A stretch of 63,908 nucleotides of DNA, filler included, from Neolecta irregularis DAH-3 (taxonomy: Eukaryota): assembly GCA_001929475.1 (NCBI GenBank). It is 5 parts of 5 records of this genome, joined end to end, with 100 filler letters (N's around TTAATTAATTAA, not from the genome) between each part and the next. Parts side by side here need not be neighbours in the genome. Positions count along the whole stretch, not along the records: positions 62,725 to 63,908 come from LXFE01002404.1; 4 more parts are not named here. One strand, written 5' to 3'. The position numbers and the translations under genes are program-made. Below the pieces are notes generated by a model, which worked only from the letters and a program-made list of their open reading frames with translations, was not told the origin of the DNA and ran no database searches. Below are positions 62,625-63,908 of the stretch, one piece after another (position 1 is the first letter of the stretch; each line of letters starts with the position of its first letter).

Positions 62625-62724
62625 NNNNNNNNNNNNNNNNNNNNNNNNNNNNNNNNNNNNNNNNNNNNTTAATTAATTAANNNNNNNNNNNNNNNNNNNN
62701 NNNNNNNNNNNNNNNNNNNNNNNN
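62625..62724. other. Assembly gap with artificial linker
   Basis: N-TTAATTAATTAA-N. Confidence 0.98.
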
Positions 62725-62790
62725 TTGATTGATTACATAATCAATCAATCAATCCCGGATTGATAATCCGATTGATTGATGGACACACTG
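62725..62790. mobile_element. Possible terminus of a hAT-like DNA transposon or MITE
   Basis: Interleaved ATTG/CAAT tetramer arrays in both orientations ending in CACACTG (CAGTGTG on the minus strand) at a contig edge. Confidence 0.4.
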
Positions 62791-63096
62791 TTCCTAATGC
62801 TACACAAAACCAATATAAATACCAATGGGGGTTCTGGAAGTGTGGATTCTTTTGGGGGGAGAATCCAAAAGACTTGATTGTGGGATGATTCAAGGGAATG
62901 AGCCAGTGACAACGAGTAGCATGGGCATTGTAATCAACTGTCCTTCATATGGTCAATTAACTGAGGTTCGGGGAGCTTCTGTGCTTGCAGTCTGCAGTAG
63001 ATGAAACTTATGTACTTAGTTATAAAGTTCGTTTATGAATTTCTATTTTTATCTTTATCTTTAAGCCAATAGAAGGATACGAAACCACCGAATTCC

Positions 63097-63802
63097 TCAA
63101 TTACTATGACTTCGATATGAGCAGGCGAGCTCATATATGGATGATCTCCCGCGGTCGACTTTATCCAAGTGGGAACCCTGTATTTGACATTCGAACGGTT
63201 TCTCGCCAGTGTGTAGCTTTCGAACATGGCGTTTGAGACCTCAGCTTCGTCGAAAAAAGGCGTTCCCACAGCCTAGGACTCCGCAGACAAAGGCTTTTTG
63301 CGCTTCCAGGATCTGGACCTCTGGAGACGCGACGACCAGGTGCTTTGACTGCGTTTTCGTGCACAGATTCCTAGGTTGCTTTTTAGGCACGAGACGGCGC
63401 TTAGGGGCCGTAATTTCGCCTGGGGTATATTCCTTGTCAGATCCCATGTCACTGCCTTCAGAGATATCGCTGTCTGAGGTGTCATTGGATACAGATAACG
63501 AAAGCAGGGTTGCAGCTGCCGCTGGACTGGTGCAAGGATCGAGTAAATATAGTTTGGCTGGTTTGGGTAGTCGTCTTTGGAGGAGTAGAGGCCGTAGTCT
63601 TAGGCCTTGACGAAGATCTGGGGAGGGTCGTAGCAGTCATGGGCGAGGGAATCGGGGGGCATCTGGGAGGAGAAGTGAGGGCAGCAGTTCGGGCGGGCAA
63701 GAGATCGAAGACCGTGGAAGCGCATCCGCGAAAAAGCTGGTGAGCGAGGTCCCGGTCTCGACACCTGCTTGGCCACGGTGCTGCGGGAGCGGGGAAGCCA
63801 TG
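63097..63802 (-). pseudogene. C2H2 zinc-finger transcription factor with an in-frame stop and frameshifts
   Basis: KAFVCGVLGCGNAFFRRS*GLKRHVRKLHTGEKPFECQ. The second finger is incomplete and the upstream frames are broken. Confidence 0.7.
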
Positions 63803-63908
63803 CGGCCGTGTGCAGTGCAGCTCAGGCGGCGGGAGAAGGCGCCGCGAGCGAGTGCAGTGTCGCAGAGCCTGCGTCGGTGTAGATGCCTTCGCAGAGAGCT
63901 AGGGCAGC

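Overview
Eukaryotic window from a compact ascomycete fungal genome. It is gene-dense, with very short introns (about 33-50 nt) that have weak donor sites. Complex I, a group I G-alpha and a velvet gene are all present, which fits an early-diverging, Taphrinomycotina-like fungus such as Neolecta (inference only). Contigs are joined by artificial N-TTAATTAATTAA-N linkers. Recognisable genes: two Zn2Cys6 transcription factors (TFs) plus a Fungal_trans_2 protein, ADE16/17, PRE10, RSC9, RSA4, RCY1, an RBM5/10-like G-patch 3' end, CSL4, two PDR16-like CRAL-TRIO genes, an RluA pseudouridine synthase, a mitochondrial HMG-box protein, NDUFS3, tRNA-Ser(GCT), eIF3f, G-alpha, ERV41, PEX4 (absent from the ORF track), RRD2, an ABCC transporter, a UBL-AN1 protein, beta-carbonic anhydrase, a VosA-like velvet gene and a disrupted C2H2 TF. 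The most unusual observations are: PEX4 and RRD2 start codons 1 nt apart head-to-head; an ABCC transporter whose hydrolytic ATP site is fully degenerate; obligatory GC-AG introns with atypical donors; a divergent pair of a Zn-cluster TF and a cluster-less partner; and CpG-depleted patches. I found no clearly new multi-gene system. Exon boundaries were read by eye.
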